DNA from: an uncultured Candidatus Saccharibacteria bacterium
GTDB taxonomy: Bacteria > Patescibacteriota > Minisyncoccia > Minisyncoccales > Staskawiczbacteraceae
DNA: 53,234 bases
Direction: 5' to 3'
Assembly (NCBI GenBank): GCA_964366875.1
Contig: CAYIVF010000002.1
Coordinates: forward strand, 1-53,234
The stretch's first letter is position 1. The number at the start of each line of letters is the position of its first letter. The notes under the pieces were generated by a model. It saw only the letters and a program-made list of their open reading frames with translations. It was not told the origin of the DNA and made no database searches. Shown here piece after piece: positions 30,065 to 38,001 of the stretch. The position numbers and the translations under genes are program-made.

Positions 30065-30973
30065 ATGAAAGATAAAATTTTCCAAAAGAATGTCTTGTTA
30101 AAAAAATACACTACATATAAAATTGGCGGGCCGGCTCAATATTTTTTTGTTGCCAAGACAAAAAAAGATTTGATAAGGGCGGTAAAAGCAGCCAAAGAAT
30201 TTAAACTGCCTGTCTTTGTTTTGGGCGGGGGAAGCAATATTTTGGTGTCTGACAAAGGAGTAAAGGGTTTGGTTATTAAGCTTCAGATTTCTGATTTTGT
30301 TTTAAATAAAAACAGCGTGCATATTGGAGCTGGCGCAATGCTGCCTAAATTGGTTGCTATTGCCACAGAAAACGGCTTTGCAGGGCTTGAATGGGCGGCA
30401 GGGATCCCGGGTACCGTCGGAGGGGCTATATACGGCCACGCCCAGGCGTTTGGCGCAAAGATTTCTGATGCAGTAAAGAGCGTTGAGGCGTTGGATATAA
30501 AAACATTAGAAATGAAAAAGCTGTCGAAAAAACAATGCGGGTTTTCGTTGAAAAGCAGCATATTTAAGAAGAATAAAAATTTAATAATCGTTTCCGCTTT
30601 TTTAGAGTTTGAGAAACGACCCGGGGTACCCTCTGGGTCATACCCCAAAAGAAAAATACAAGAGAAAATAAAAGAATATTTGAATTACAGGAAAACGAGG
30701 CATCCAATATCTCTGCCTTCGGCCGGATCAACTTTCGTAAACCCAGAGACTAATAAAGGAGTAATCCCGGCAGGCGAGCTTATTGAAAAAGCAGGTCTCG
30801 CTGGCAAAAGAATAGGCAAAGCCCAGATATCGGAAAAACACGCTAACTTTATAGTTAATCTCGGCGGGGCAAAGGCAAAAGATGTACTGGCGCTTATTAA
30901 GTTAGCTCAAAAAAAAGTGAAAAAGGATTTTGGAATAAAATTGAAGCCAGAAGTGCAATTTGTGGGATTTTAA
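30065..30973 (+). CDS. murB: UDP-N-acetylenolpyruvoylglucosamine reductase
   Basis: The ATG at 30065 is preferred to the TTG at 30044. KYTTYKIGGPAQYF, VLGGGSNIL and PSAGSTFVNP are MurB FAD-binding motifs. Confidence 0.9.
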   Translation: MKDKIFQKNVLLKKYTTYKIGGPAQYFFVAKTKKDLIRAVKAAKEFKLPVFVLGGGSNILVSDKGVKGLVIKLQISDFVLNKNSVHIGAGAMLPKLVAIATENGFAGLEWAAGIPGTVGGAIYGHAQAFGAKISDAVKSVEALDIKTLEMKKLSKKQCGFSLKSSIFKKNKNLIIVSAFLEFEKRPGVPSGSYPKRKIQEKIKEYLNYRKTRHPISLPSAGSTFVNPETNKGVIPAGELIEKAGLAGKRIGKAQISEKHANFIVNLGGAKAKDVLALIKLAQKKVKKDFGIKLKPEVQFVGF

Positions 30974-30993
30974 TTAAAATAGTAAAATCAAAA

Positions 30994-31371
30994 ATGAAGA
31001 TAATAATCAAAACGAAAAATATAGAGCCGACGGAGTCGCTTCGTGATTTTATTAATGAAAAATTTATCAGTCTTAAAAAATTCATTGCTCTTTTGAAAAG
31101 AGAAGAAGGAATGGGTAAAACCTTAGCCGAAGTTTTTGTTGAGGTGGAAAAAGAAACAAAACACCACAATAAAGGAGAAATCTTTTTAGCAGAAGCCAGT
31201 CTCAAGTTGCCTGGTAAAAGCTTGATGGCTTCAGCTCGAAGCGACGATATTTTAAATGTAATTACTAAGGCAAGAAACGAGTTAAAATCAGAGATTAATA
31301 AATACAAGTCAAAGGAAATTGAAGGCATGAGGCGAAGGAAAAAGCAAACAAAAAAAGAAATTAATTTTTAA
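30994..31371 (+). CDS. hpf: ribosome hibernation promoting factor / RaiA family
   Basis: The 125-aa product begins MKIIIKTKNIEPTESLRDFINEKF, the typical sigma54-modulation/RaiA N-terminus. Confidence 0.8.
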   Translation: MKIIIKTKNIEPTESLRDFINEKFISLKKFIALLKREEGMGKTLAEVFVEVEKETKHHNKGEIFLAEASLKLPGKSLMASARSDDILNVITKARNELKSEINKYKSKEIEGMRRRKKQTKKEINF

Positions 31372-31436
31372 AATGAGATGATACCAAGTAAAATGTTTTT
31401 TACAAAAGGTGTTGTTATTGAAAATTAATTAAAAAA

Positions 31437-32819
31437 ATGAAAAATACTAAAAAGAAGATAAATTTAGAAAAATTTTGGAAAATAAATAAAGAAGAATTCA
31501 ATACTCAATTTTTTGGCATATCCAAAGATAATGAATTGGTGGTCAAGGAGGGAAATTATCAGTATAATATAGCTGATATCGTAGCAAAATTTGGCACGCC
31601 CTTGGAGATTTTTTTTCCGTTTGTTATAGAAAAAAGATATTTAGATTTGACGCAGATTTTTAATTTTCATATAAAAGACCATGAATATAAGGGGAGATTT
31701 TTTTATCATTATCCGATGAAAGTGAATCAGAATAAAGAGTTTGTTCTCCCTTTGATTTCTGAGGGCGCAAATTTGGAGACAGGTTCTTACAATGAACTTT
31801 GGCTTATACGCAAGTTGTGGGACCAAGACCAATTTCATTCCCGTATCAGAATTATTTGCAATGGGCCCAAAACAGATAAATATTTGGGATTGATTAAGGA
31901 GTTGAAAGAAAATGGTCTTTCAATAATTCCAATAATTGAAGATATAAACGAATATGAAGCTTTAAAAGGCTATCGCGGAGATGTCGGAATAAGGGTCAAG
32001 CTTGATTTGAGGGTGAGTTCTCATTGGGACAAAAAAGATGATCGTTATGGTTTACTGGCAGAAGAAATTTATAGTTTGGGCCGTATTCGTAATTTAAAAA
32101 TATTGCATTATCATGTTGGTTCCCAGATAATGGGTCAAAAAGATTTGATTAATGCCGTCCGAACAGCAATCAAAATCTATGTTAAACTTAAAAAAAATAA
32201 TCCTTCCTTAGATACGTTTGATATCGGCGGGGGCTTTGCTATTCCCTACGAAAAAAAGATGCATTATGGAATTAATTCGGTGGTGAAAGGAATTATCAGC
32301 ACAATTATAAAAGCCTGCAAAGAGGGTAATGTTGCTCACCCAAATATTATTTGTGAATGGGGGCGCTATATAGTTGCTCCGTCACAAATCACGATTTTTA
32401 AAGTTTTATGCGCAAAACCGATTAATAACAAAGTGGTAAAAAGATGGTATATTATTGATGGCAGTTTTATAAACGACCTAATTGATACTTGGGCAATTCA
32501 TCAAAAATGGCATATTGTGCCGGTTACCAACTTAAATGCTCAGAAGCTAACAAGAGTTTGGTTAGCTGGCTCTTCTTGCGATTCAGATGATCGTTATACT
32601 GCTGGCGGAAGTTATATTTTGTTGCCACAAATAGAAGACATAAAAGATAATGAATATTTGACTATTGCTTTTTTTGATTCTGGAGCATATCAGGATCCTT
32701 TGGCGTCTCATCATTGTTTGTTATCTTCTCCGGCAAAAATTATTGCTCAAAACGGAGTAATAACAATAGCAAGACGGCGCGAAACATCAGATGAAGTCGG
32801 CAGAATTTTCGGCTGGTAA
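31437..32819 (+). CDS. speA: PLP-dependent Orn/DAP/Arg decarboxylase family 2, arginine decarboxylase (SpeA)-like, short form
   Basis: YHYPMKVNQNKEFV carries the PLP-Lys region YP.KVN. HYHVGSQI, FDIGGGFAIPY and AGSSCDSDD are also present. Confidence 0.65.
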   Translation: MKNTKKKINLEKFWKINKEEFNTQFFGISKDNELVVKEGNYQYNIADIVAKFGTPLEIFFPFVIEKRYLDLTQIFNFHIKDHEYKGRFFYHYPMKVNQNKEFVLPLISEGANLETGSYNELWLIRKLWDQDQFHSRIRIICNGPKTDKYLGLIKELKENGLSIIPIIEDINEYEALKGYRGDVGIRVKLDLRVSSHWDKKDDRYGLLAEEIYSLGRIRNLKILHYHVGSQIMGQKDLINAVRTAIKIYVKLKKNNPSLDTFDIGGGFAIPYEKKMHYGINSVVKGIISTIIKACKEGNVAHPNIICEWGRYIVAPSQITIFKVLCAKPINNKVVKRWYIIDGSFINDLIDTWAIHQKWHIVPVTNLNAQKLTRVWLAGSSCDSDDRYTAGGSYILLPQIEDIKDNEYLTIAFFDSGAYQDPLASHHCLLSSPAKIIAQNGVITIARRRETSDEVGRIFGW

Positions 32820-32830
32820 ATTTTTTCATT

Positions 32831-35287
32831 ATGAGTTTTTTATCTAAAATATTCGGGGACCCTAATGAAAAATATATAAAAGGATTGGGGCCCATAGTCC
32901 AAGAAATCAATAAACTTGAGGATAGTTTAAGCAAACTTTCTGATTTAGAGCTGAAAGAAAAAACTAAAGAATTAAAGCTTGAGCTAGCCGGAGGAAAAAC
33001 TTTGGACGATATACTTCCAACAGCTTTTGCTTTGGTAAGAGAATCAGCCAAAAGAACATTAAAGCAGCGCCACTTTGACAGCCAAATAATCGGCGGAATT
33101 GTTTTGCACCAGGGAAAAATTGCAGAAATGAAAACAGGCGAGGGAAAAACCTTGTCGGCAACTTTACCGGTATATTTGAACGCGCTAGAGCAGAAAGGAG
33201 TGCATGTTGTTACGGTAAACGATTATTTAGCAAAGAGGGATACAGTGTGGATGGGCCAGATTTACGATGCCCTGGGCCTTACAACAGCCTGCATAACCAA
33301 TGAGTCTGGATACATTTATGATTCTAACTTAAAAAATGAAGAGCAAGACAAGCAGAGAGATATTGAGGGCGGCTTTAAGGTGCAAAAGAATTATCTAAGG
33401 CCAGTCACAAAAAAAGAGGCCTATGCGGCTGACATTACTTATGGCACAAACAATGAATTCGGCTTTGATTATTTGAGAGATAATATGGCGCAAAATTTAT
33501 CTGATGTTTCCCAGCGCGGTTTTAACTTTGCCATAGTTGACGAAGTGGACTCTATTTTAATTGATGAAGCAAGGGTGCCTTTGATAATTTCCGGGCAAGC
33601 CGAAGAGGCAACAGAAAAATATTATCAGTTTGCTAAAATAGCAGCTCCCTTAGAAAAAGCTCAAGATTATGAACTTGATGAAAAAACAAAAACAGTTAAC
33701 TTCACAGAGCAGGGCCAGAACAACGTTGTAAAAAGCTTGGGATACGACCCCTGGCTAGACAACGATATTATTACAACGCATCAATTAGAGTCTGCCCTTA
33801 GGGCTAAAGCTCTGTTTTTTAAGGACAGAGATTATGTTGTAAAAGATGGAGAGATAATGATTATTGACGAGTTTACAGGCAGAATACTTCCGGGACGCAG
33901 GTGGTCGGCCGGGCTTCACCAGGCAGTGGAAGCAAAAGAAGGTGTCAAAGTGCAGCCCGAATCAATAACTATGGCAACAATCACTTTCCAGAATTATTTT
34001 AGAATGTACAAAAAGTTATCTGGAATGACAGGCACCGCCTTAACTTCTGCAGAAGAGTTTGATAAAGTTTACAAGTTAGAAGTTGTTTCAATTCCCACCA
34101 ATAAGCCCATGATAAGGCAGGATTTTAGCGACAAAGTTTATAAAACAGAAAACGGCAAGTTTACCGCAGCAGTAAGAGAAATAGAAGAATTGCACAAAAA
34201 AGGCCAGCCCATATTAGTAGGTACAAGGTCAGTTGAAAGAAATGAATATTTAGGAAAGCTGTTAGAAATAAAAGGAATACCCCATAATATTTTAAACGCT
34301 AAAAACCACGAAAGGGAAGGAGAGATTATAGCTCAGGCAGGCAAAAAGGGAGCCGTAACCATTGCCACAAACATGGCAGGCAGGGGAGTTGATATTATCT
34401 TGGGAGGCAACCCCTTTAATCCCGCAGAGGCAGAAGAGGTAAAGAAATTAGGGGGCCTGCACGTGATGGGAACCGAGAGGCACGAGGCAAGAAGAATAGA
34501 CAATCAGCTTAGAGGCAGGTCGGGCAGGCAGGGAGACCAGGGCTCTGCGCAGTTTTTTGTTTCTTTGGAAGACGATTTAATGAGAATATTCGGCGGAGAC
34601 AGGATAAAATCATTAATGACTGCTTTAAACATCCCAGAGGACGAACCCATACAAGCAGGAATGATTTCGGGAGCCATTGAATCAGCTCAAGAAAAGATTG
34701 AGGGTTTTAATTTTGACGCTCGCCACCATTTGCTAGAATACGACGACGTGCTCAACAAGCACAGGGAGATAATATACAAGAAACGCAAAGAAATATTAGT
34801 TTTGCAAGGCCTGTCCTTGCAAAACTACGTTTTGAATATAGTCAAAAAATCAGGGGTTTCAGAGGAGGATTATTTTAAAAAAGAAAAAGAAATTGGGCCA
34901 GATAACATGCGCCAACTAGAAAAATTCGTATGCCTTAGAGTCACAGATATGCTTTGGCAGGACCACTTGTCATATATGGACCACGTAAGAGATTCAGTAA
35001 GATTAAGAGCTTACGCTGGGAGAGATCCTTTGGTAGAGTATAAAAACGAGGGTCACAAGGCGTTCGGTCAATTGCTGGCAATGCTTGACGCCAGCATTGC
35101 AGAAAACATTATGAAAGCTGGTTTGCAGTCCCAGCAAAAGCCAATGCCGAACTCTAGGCCGGTTGAGGCAGGTAACAAGGAAATTGGCAGAAATTCGCCA
35201 TGTCCTTGTGGTTCTGGTAAAAAATATAAGAAGTGCGGCATGCTCGGGACAGAGGAACACAAGAGAAATATGGCACAAAAAAGATGA
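32831..35287 (+). CDS. secA: preprotein translocase ATPase SecA
   Basis: MKTGEGKTL is Walker A. VTVNDYLAKRD, DEVDSILIDEARVPLIIS, TNMAGRGVDI and the C-terminal Zn finger CPCGSGKKYKKC are present. Confidence 0.97.
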   Translation: MSFLSKIFGDPNEKYIKGLGPIVQEINKLEDSLSKLSDLELKEKTKELKLELAGGKTLDDILPTAFALVRESAKRTLKQRHFDSQIIGGIVLHQGKIAEMKTGEGKTLSATLPVYLNALEQKGVHVVTVNDYLAKRDTVWMGQIYDALGLTTACITNESGYIYDSNLKNEEQDKQRDIEGGFKVQKNYLRPVTKKEAYAADITYGTNNEFGFDYLRDNMAQNLSDVSQRGFNFAIVDEVDSILIDEARVPLIISGQAEEATEKYYQFAKIAAPLEKAQDYELDEKTKTVNFTEQGQNNVVKSLGYDPWLDNDIITTHQLESALRAKALFFKDRDYVVKDGEIMIIDEFTGRILPGRRWSAGLHQAVEAKEGVKVQPESITMATITFQNYFRMYKKLSGMTGTALTSAEEFDKVYKLEVVSIPTNKPMIRQDFSDKVYKTENGKFTAAVREIEELHKKGQPILVGTRSVERNEYLGKLLEIKGIPHNILNAKNHEREGEIIAQAGKKGAVTIATNMAGRGVDIILGGNPFNPAEAEEVKKLGGLHVMGTERHEARRIDNQLRGRSGRQGDQGSAQFFVSLEDDLMRIFGGDRIKSLMTALNIPEDEPIQAGMISGAIESAQEKIEGFNFDARHHLLEYDDVLNKHREIIYKKRKEILVLQGLSLQNYVLNIVKKSGVSEEDYFKKEKEIGPDNMRQLEKFVCLRVTDMLWQDHLSYMDHVRDSVRLRAYAGRDPLVEYKNEGHKAFGQLLAMLDASIAENIMKAGLQSQQKPMPNSRPVEAGNKEIGRNSPCPCGSGKKYKKCGMLGTEEHKRNMAQKR

Positions 35288-35289
35288 TT

Positions 35290-35323
35290 AAAATGTAAAT
35301 ATGGATTTTCTTATTTACATTTT
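35290..35323 (+). terminator. secA terminator hairpin
   Basis: aaaatgtaaata (35290-35301) pairs perfectly with tatttacatttt (35312-35323), giving a 12-bp stem and 10-nt loop. Confidence 0.6.
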
Positions 35324-35347
35324 AGGCGTTAAGTGTAAATAAAAAAA

Positions 35348-35375
35348 TTGACAGAAGATTTAAAGTTGATAATAT
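35348..35375 (+). promoter_or_regulatory. near-consensus sigma70-type promoter
   Basis: TTGACA-16 nt-TAATAT, 21 nt upstream of the 35396 ATG. Confidence 0.55.
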
Positions 35376-35395
35376 GAAGTATAAGCAATAAATTT

Positions 35396-35707
35396 ATGGC
35401 AGAAGAAACACTCGCAAAAAAAGATATTCAAGAACTTTTGGCTGGGCAGACAACAGTCATTTTAGAAGCGGTTGATGAAAAATTGTCCGAAGTAAAAATA
35501 GAAATGGTGAATATGGAGGAACGAATAGATAAAAAAATAGAAGTTTTGGATTTGAAATTTTCCGAAAAATTTGATAAGCTCACCACAACACTTGATAATT
35601 TTCTAAAAAGAATGATCGATATTGAAGATGAATTTACAATGATGCGCAACGATATCAATAGGATCAAAAAAACCATAAAAGAAAAGCTTGGAGTGGAATT
35701 GTCTTAG
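35396..35707 (+). CDS. hypothetical coiled-coil protein
   Basis: The 103-aa product is heptad-rich and charged. No family was recognised. Confidence 0.5.
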   Translation: MAEETLAKKDIQELLAGQTTVILEAVDEKLSEVKIEMVNMEERIDKKIEVLDLKFSEKFDKLTTTLDNFLKRMIDIEDEFTMMRNDINRIKKTIKEKLGVELS

Positions 35708-35816
35708 TTGGGTCAAAAATAATTTTGTAGCATAACTAACATTTGAGTAGTACCTGCGCCTGCCGAAAGGGAGTGTGCAGGTTTTTACTTTTATGCTACA
35801 ATTTATTAAATAACCG

Positions 35817-36002
35817 ATGAAAAATTTTAGTAAGACTAAAAAAGAAACTTATTATAAATGCGTTCATTGCGGAGATGAGATTTTTTGGAACACAAATAAA
35901 AAATTAACAGAATGTAGGTGCAGGAAAATTTATGTTGATGGCTGCGAGTTTTATGTTCGCATAGGCGGAGACAAGGAAGATTATGAAATAATTCAAAAAT
36001 AG
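35817..36002 (+). CDS. hypothetical small zinc-ribbon protein
   Basis: The 61-aa product has CVHCGDE...CRCRK, i.e. four Cys in a CxxC...CxC arrangement. Confidence 0.45.
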   Translation: MKNFSKTKKETYYKCVHCGDEIFWNTNKKLTECRCRKIYVDGCEFYVRIGGDKEDYEIIQK

Positions 36003-36088
36003 ATTTGTGGCAAATTCGCGCTAAATCAGTGCGGGTTTTTTCGTATACAATCAGATATAATTGGATATAGTTGGAGTCGTGCAAAAAA

Positions 36089-36117
36089 TTGACAAATCTT
36101 AAAATTTCATTTAATTT
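36089..36117 (+). promoter_or_regulatory. candidate sigma70-type promoter
   Basis: TTGACA-17 nt-TAATTT. A strong RBS (aaaggagatgtATG) follows at 36165-36178. Confidence 0.45.
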
Positions 36118-36175
36118 AAAATGAGGAACGTGGAATTGTGTTCAATCTGTAATTTGAAAATAAGAAAGGAGATGT

Positions 36176-37057
36176 ATGGCCAATCAAACTTTTCTCGAAA
36201 AAGTTGGAGCACGGAGTGTGCTTCTTGGTGACGGTGCAATGGGAACTGAGCTACAAAGACGTGGTTTTGTAGTGAGTGGATGCATGGAGTCAGCTAACGT
36301 TATAAATCCTGAGTTGGTGCAGGGGATTTATTGCGATTACTACAATGCCGGCTCGCAAATTGTTGAAACCAACAGTTTTGGTGCTAATCGTATTCGCCTA
36401 CAGAGATATGGACTGTCTCAAAAAATCGTCGAACTCAATAGGTTAGCCGTAGAACTTGCTAAGGCAGTTCGCCCGAAAGGATGTTTTATCGGCGGTTCGA
36501 TTGGGCCGACAGGTAGCATTCTTGAACCGTTTGGCGATTTAAAGTTACGGATAGCTTACGATGCATTTGCCGAACAAGCTGAAGCGCTTGCAGGGGGCGG
36601 AGCGGATGTGATTTACGTCGAAACTATGTCTGCGCTCGATGAAGTCGAAGTTGTCCTAAGAGCAGTAAAGGAAAGAACCGGTTTGCCAACAATAGTCACG
36701 ATGGTTTTTAAGGCTGGTAGAACCGGGCTTCGTACTTCTTTCGGTGTGGATGTGGTTACGGCAGTGCAAAAACTCTCTGAGTTTGGCGCTGATGTTATTG
36801 GAGCAAACTGCGGAGACCCAGAGGATATAATTGTCGCTATTCGGGAAATGCGCCCACTTACGGCAAAACCTATAATTGCTCAACCAAATGCTGGAATTCC
36901 AGAATTGGTGGATGGAACACCCGTTTATAGGCAAACGCCCGAAGCATTGCAATTTTGTATCGAGCAATTGCTAAAGACGGGTGTTAATATTATAGGCGGT
37001 TGTTGTGGGGTTGGACCAGCTCATATAAGGGCTATGCGGCAGTTGATGCTGTCATGA
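36176..37057 (+). CDS. stand-alone homocysteine S-methyltransferase domain protein (MetH N-terminal / MmuM-like)
   Basis: LLGDGAMGTELQRRG, ETNSFGAN, GSIGPTG, NCG and GGCCGVGPAHI (the Zn-binding Cys cluster) are typical of the Pfam S-methyl_trans domain. The first 60 nt contain 28 G+C. Confidence 0.8.
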   Translation: MANQTFLEKVGARSVLLGDGAMGTELQRRGFVVSGCMESANVINPELVQGIYCDYYNAGSQIVETNSFGANRIRLQRYGLSQKIVELNRLAVELAKAVRPKGCFIGGSIGPTGSILEPFGDLKLRIAYDAFAEQAEALAGGGADVIYVETMSALDEVEVVLRAVKERTGLPTIVTMVFKAGRTGLRTSFGVDVVTAVQKLSEFGADVIGANCGDPEDIIVAIREMRPLTAKPIIAQPNAGIPELVDGTPVYRQTPEALQFCIEQLLKTGVNIIGGCCGVGPAHIRAMRQLMLS

Positions 37058-37090
37058 TCGCGAAGCTTTGGCGTGCAAAAGCGCAGCAAT

Positions 37091-37119
37091 GACCTTTGGG
37101 TAAAACTGAAGGTCTTTTT
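37091..37119 (+). terminator. intrinsic terminator
   Basis: gacctt-tgggtaaaactg-aaggtc followed by ttttt. Confidence 0.6.
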
Positions 37120-37216
37120 ATTTGAGTTAAAATTATGAGTTTACAAAAGTTGACAGAGCGATTTTGGATTAAAAAACGTCTGAAAAATAGCATTAAAAGT
37201 TATTCACTCATAGCTC

Positions 37217-37244
37217 TGGACAAGGGGTTATGAGCTGGTAATAT
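37217..37244 (+). promoter_or_regulatory. candidate promoter of the GACAAGGGG class
   Basis: TGGACAAGGGGT, a 16-nt spacer with TGn, then TAATAT (37239-37244). It shares GACAAGGGG with the rnpB promoter and with the minus-strand promoter at 52113-52142. Confidence 0.4.
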
Positions 37245-37364
37245 TACTTTAGGAACATTAAAATTTTAAGGATTTACTCGCCCCGTTAGAAATTTAAATT
37301 ATAGATTTTTAACGGGACGAGCAGTCGAGATTCGTTATGTGTGAGGTATTACTCAGTTCTGACT

Positions 37365-37451
37365 TCCTGCGGGTAAGGAAATAAATATAAAAAATGCGGA
37401 ATACTAAATACAGAGGAGCATCAAAAGCTAACGAGAGAAAAGGAAATATAA
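37365..37451 (+). pseudogene. orphan copy B of the secA C-terminal zinc-finger tail
   Basis: It translates in one frame as SCG*GNKYKKCGILNTEEHQKLTREKEI*, compared with the live secA PCGSGKKYKKCGMLGTEEHKRNMAQKR*. The Ser codon is replaced by TAA and there is no upstream ORF. Confidence 0.75.
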
Positions 37452-37480
37452 AAAAAGCCCAAACTATGTTGGGTTTGGGT
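37450..37480 (-). terminator. intrinsic terminator of the Dabb gene (possibly bidirectional)
   Basis: The minus-strand RNA reads acccaaac-ccaacata-gtttgggc followed by ttttttt. Confidence 0.65.
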
Positions 37481-37488
37481 TAATGGTG

Positions 37489-37812
37489 TTAGCTGTTGCG
37501 AACGGGTGATGGGTGATGAATATCACCCACTTGCCAGTCAGCGACCTTGCAAAGGATGTCAGTAAGCTCTTTGTGTTTTGGGTGATTTCTAAAATTCTGC
37601 ATGGCTTCATCGTCGCTAAAGACGGCGATTTCAACCAGGTGCACGTTCTTCCTGAGGTCGAGATTGTGGCCGACCGTCCAAAAAAGAATTCCCGCTTCTT
37701 TCCCGCCACAGTCTTTGGCTAGCGATTGATAGCGTTCGTAGATTTCTTGTTTGATTTCCTCCGATGCTCCTGGCTTGAACCCGATTAGTACAACATGCCA
37801 GAGGTTTCCCAT
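37489..37812 (-). CDS. Dabb (stress-responsive alpha/beta-barrel) domain protein
   Basis: The 107-aa product has HVVLIGFKPGASEEIKQEIYERYQSL...HLVEIAVFSDDEAMQNFRNHPKH, which is typical of Dabb. The 60-nt sample 37501-37560 contains 31 G+C. Confidence 0.8.
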   Translation of the reverse strand: MGNLWHVVLIGFKPGASEEIKQEIYERYQSLAKDCGGKEAGILFWTVGHNLDLRKNVHLVEIAVFSDDEAMQNFRNHPKHKELTDILCKVADWQVGDIHHPSPVRNS

Positions 37813-37870
37813 TTTTTAGTCCTTTCCTGCTGCGGGTTGTGGGGTACGGATAGTTCAAGGTTCTATTTTG

Positions 37871-37899
37871 ATATTAGTACGCAGAGCTCCTAATGTCAA
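37871..37899 (-). promoter_or_regulatory. consensus sigma70-type promoter for the Dabb gene
   Basis: The minus strand reads TTGACA-17 nt-TAATAT (plus strand tgtcaa at 37894-99 and atatta at 37871-76). The RBS aggaaagga lies upstream of the ATG. Confidence 0.6.
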
Positions 37900-37917
37900 T
37901 TATAGTGAAATTTTTAT

Positions 37918-37992
37918 AAGTGCAGTAAAAAATATAAAAAATGCGGAATGTTAAATACCGAGGAACATCAAAAATTAATGAGAGAGAAGTAA
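37918..37992 (+). pseudogene. orphan copy C of the secA C-terminal tail
   Basis: It translates as KCSKKYKKCGMLNTEEHQKLMREK*, preceded by an in-frame TGA at 37906-08. It shares 52/60 nt with copy B over KYKKCG..EK (hand alignment). Confidence 0.75.
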
Positions 37993-38001
37993 ACCATAGG
38001 T

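Larger units (their letters stand above)
37251..37482 (+). ncRNA. candidate non-coding transcript (family unknown) running through orphan secA tail B
   Basis: It lies downstream of the 37217 promoter. A 12-bp stem pairs ctcgccccgtta (37277-88) with taacgggacgag (37310-21), with one C.A mismatch. It would end at the bidirectional hairpin 37450-37480. No ORF of 60 aa or more is present. Confidence 0.25.

Noticed and set aside
29771-30085. A 104-aa minus-strand ORF spanning the gap upstream of murB.
   Set aside because: It runs through the promoter hexamers and terminator hairpins, has no RBS or motif, and the region is better explained as regulatory or ncRNA.
35726-35800. A nested hairpin between the two small ORFs: a 10-bp outer stem tgtagcataa/ttatgctaca and an inner acctgc...gcaggt stem followed by ttttt.
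   Set aside because: It is most simply an elaborate intrinsic terminator for the 35396-35707 gene. Nothing else distinguishes it.
35396-36002. The two small adjacent ORFs, considered as a toxin-antitoxin pair.
   Set aside because: They are separated by 109 nt containing a terminator. Neither has a recognisable toxin or antitoxin fold (one is a coiled coil, the other a zinc ribbon), and there is no overlap or coupling.
37464-37858. Three extra ORFs overlapping the Dabb gene (37464-37709 minus, 37513-37722 plus, 37631-37858 minus). The ORFs at 40819-41085 and 41016-41213 in the second cassette are similar.
   Set aside because: GC-richer DNA gives long spurious frames. Only the Dabb frame has a recognisable fold, RBS, promoter and terminator.
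35288-37992. The region considered as a prophage or integrative-element remnant downstream of secA.
   Set aside because: The window contains no integrase, excisionase, or phage structural or replication genes. I report only the tail-duplication scar, not a named mobile element.
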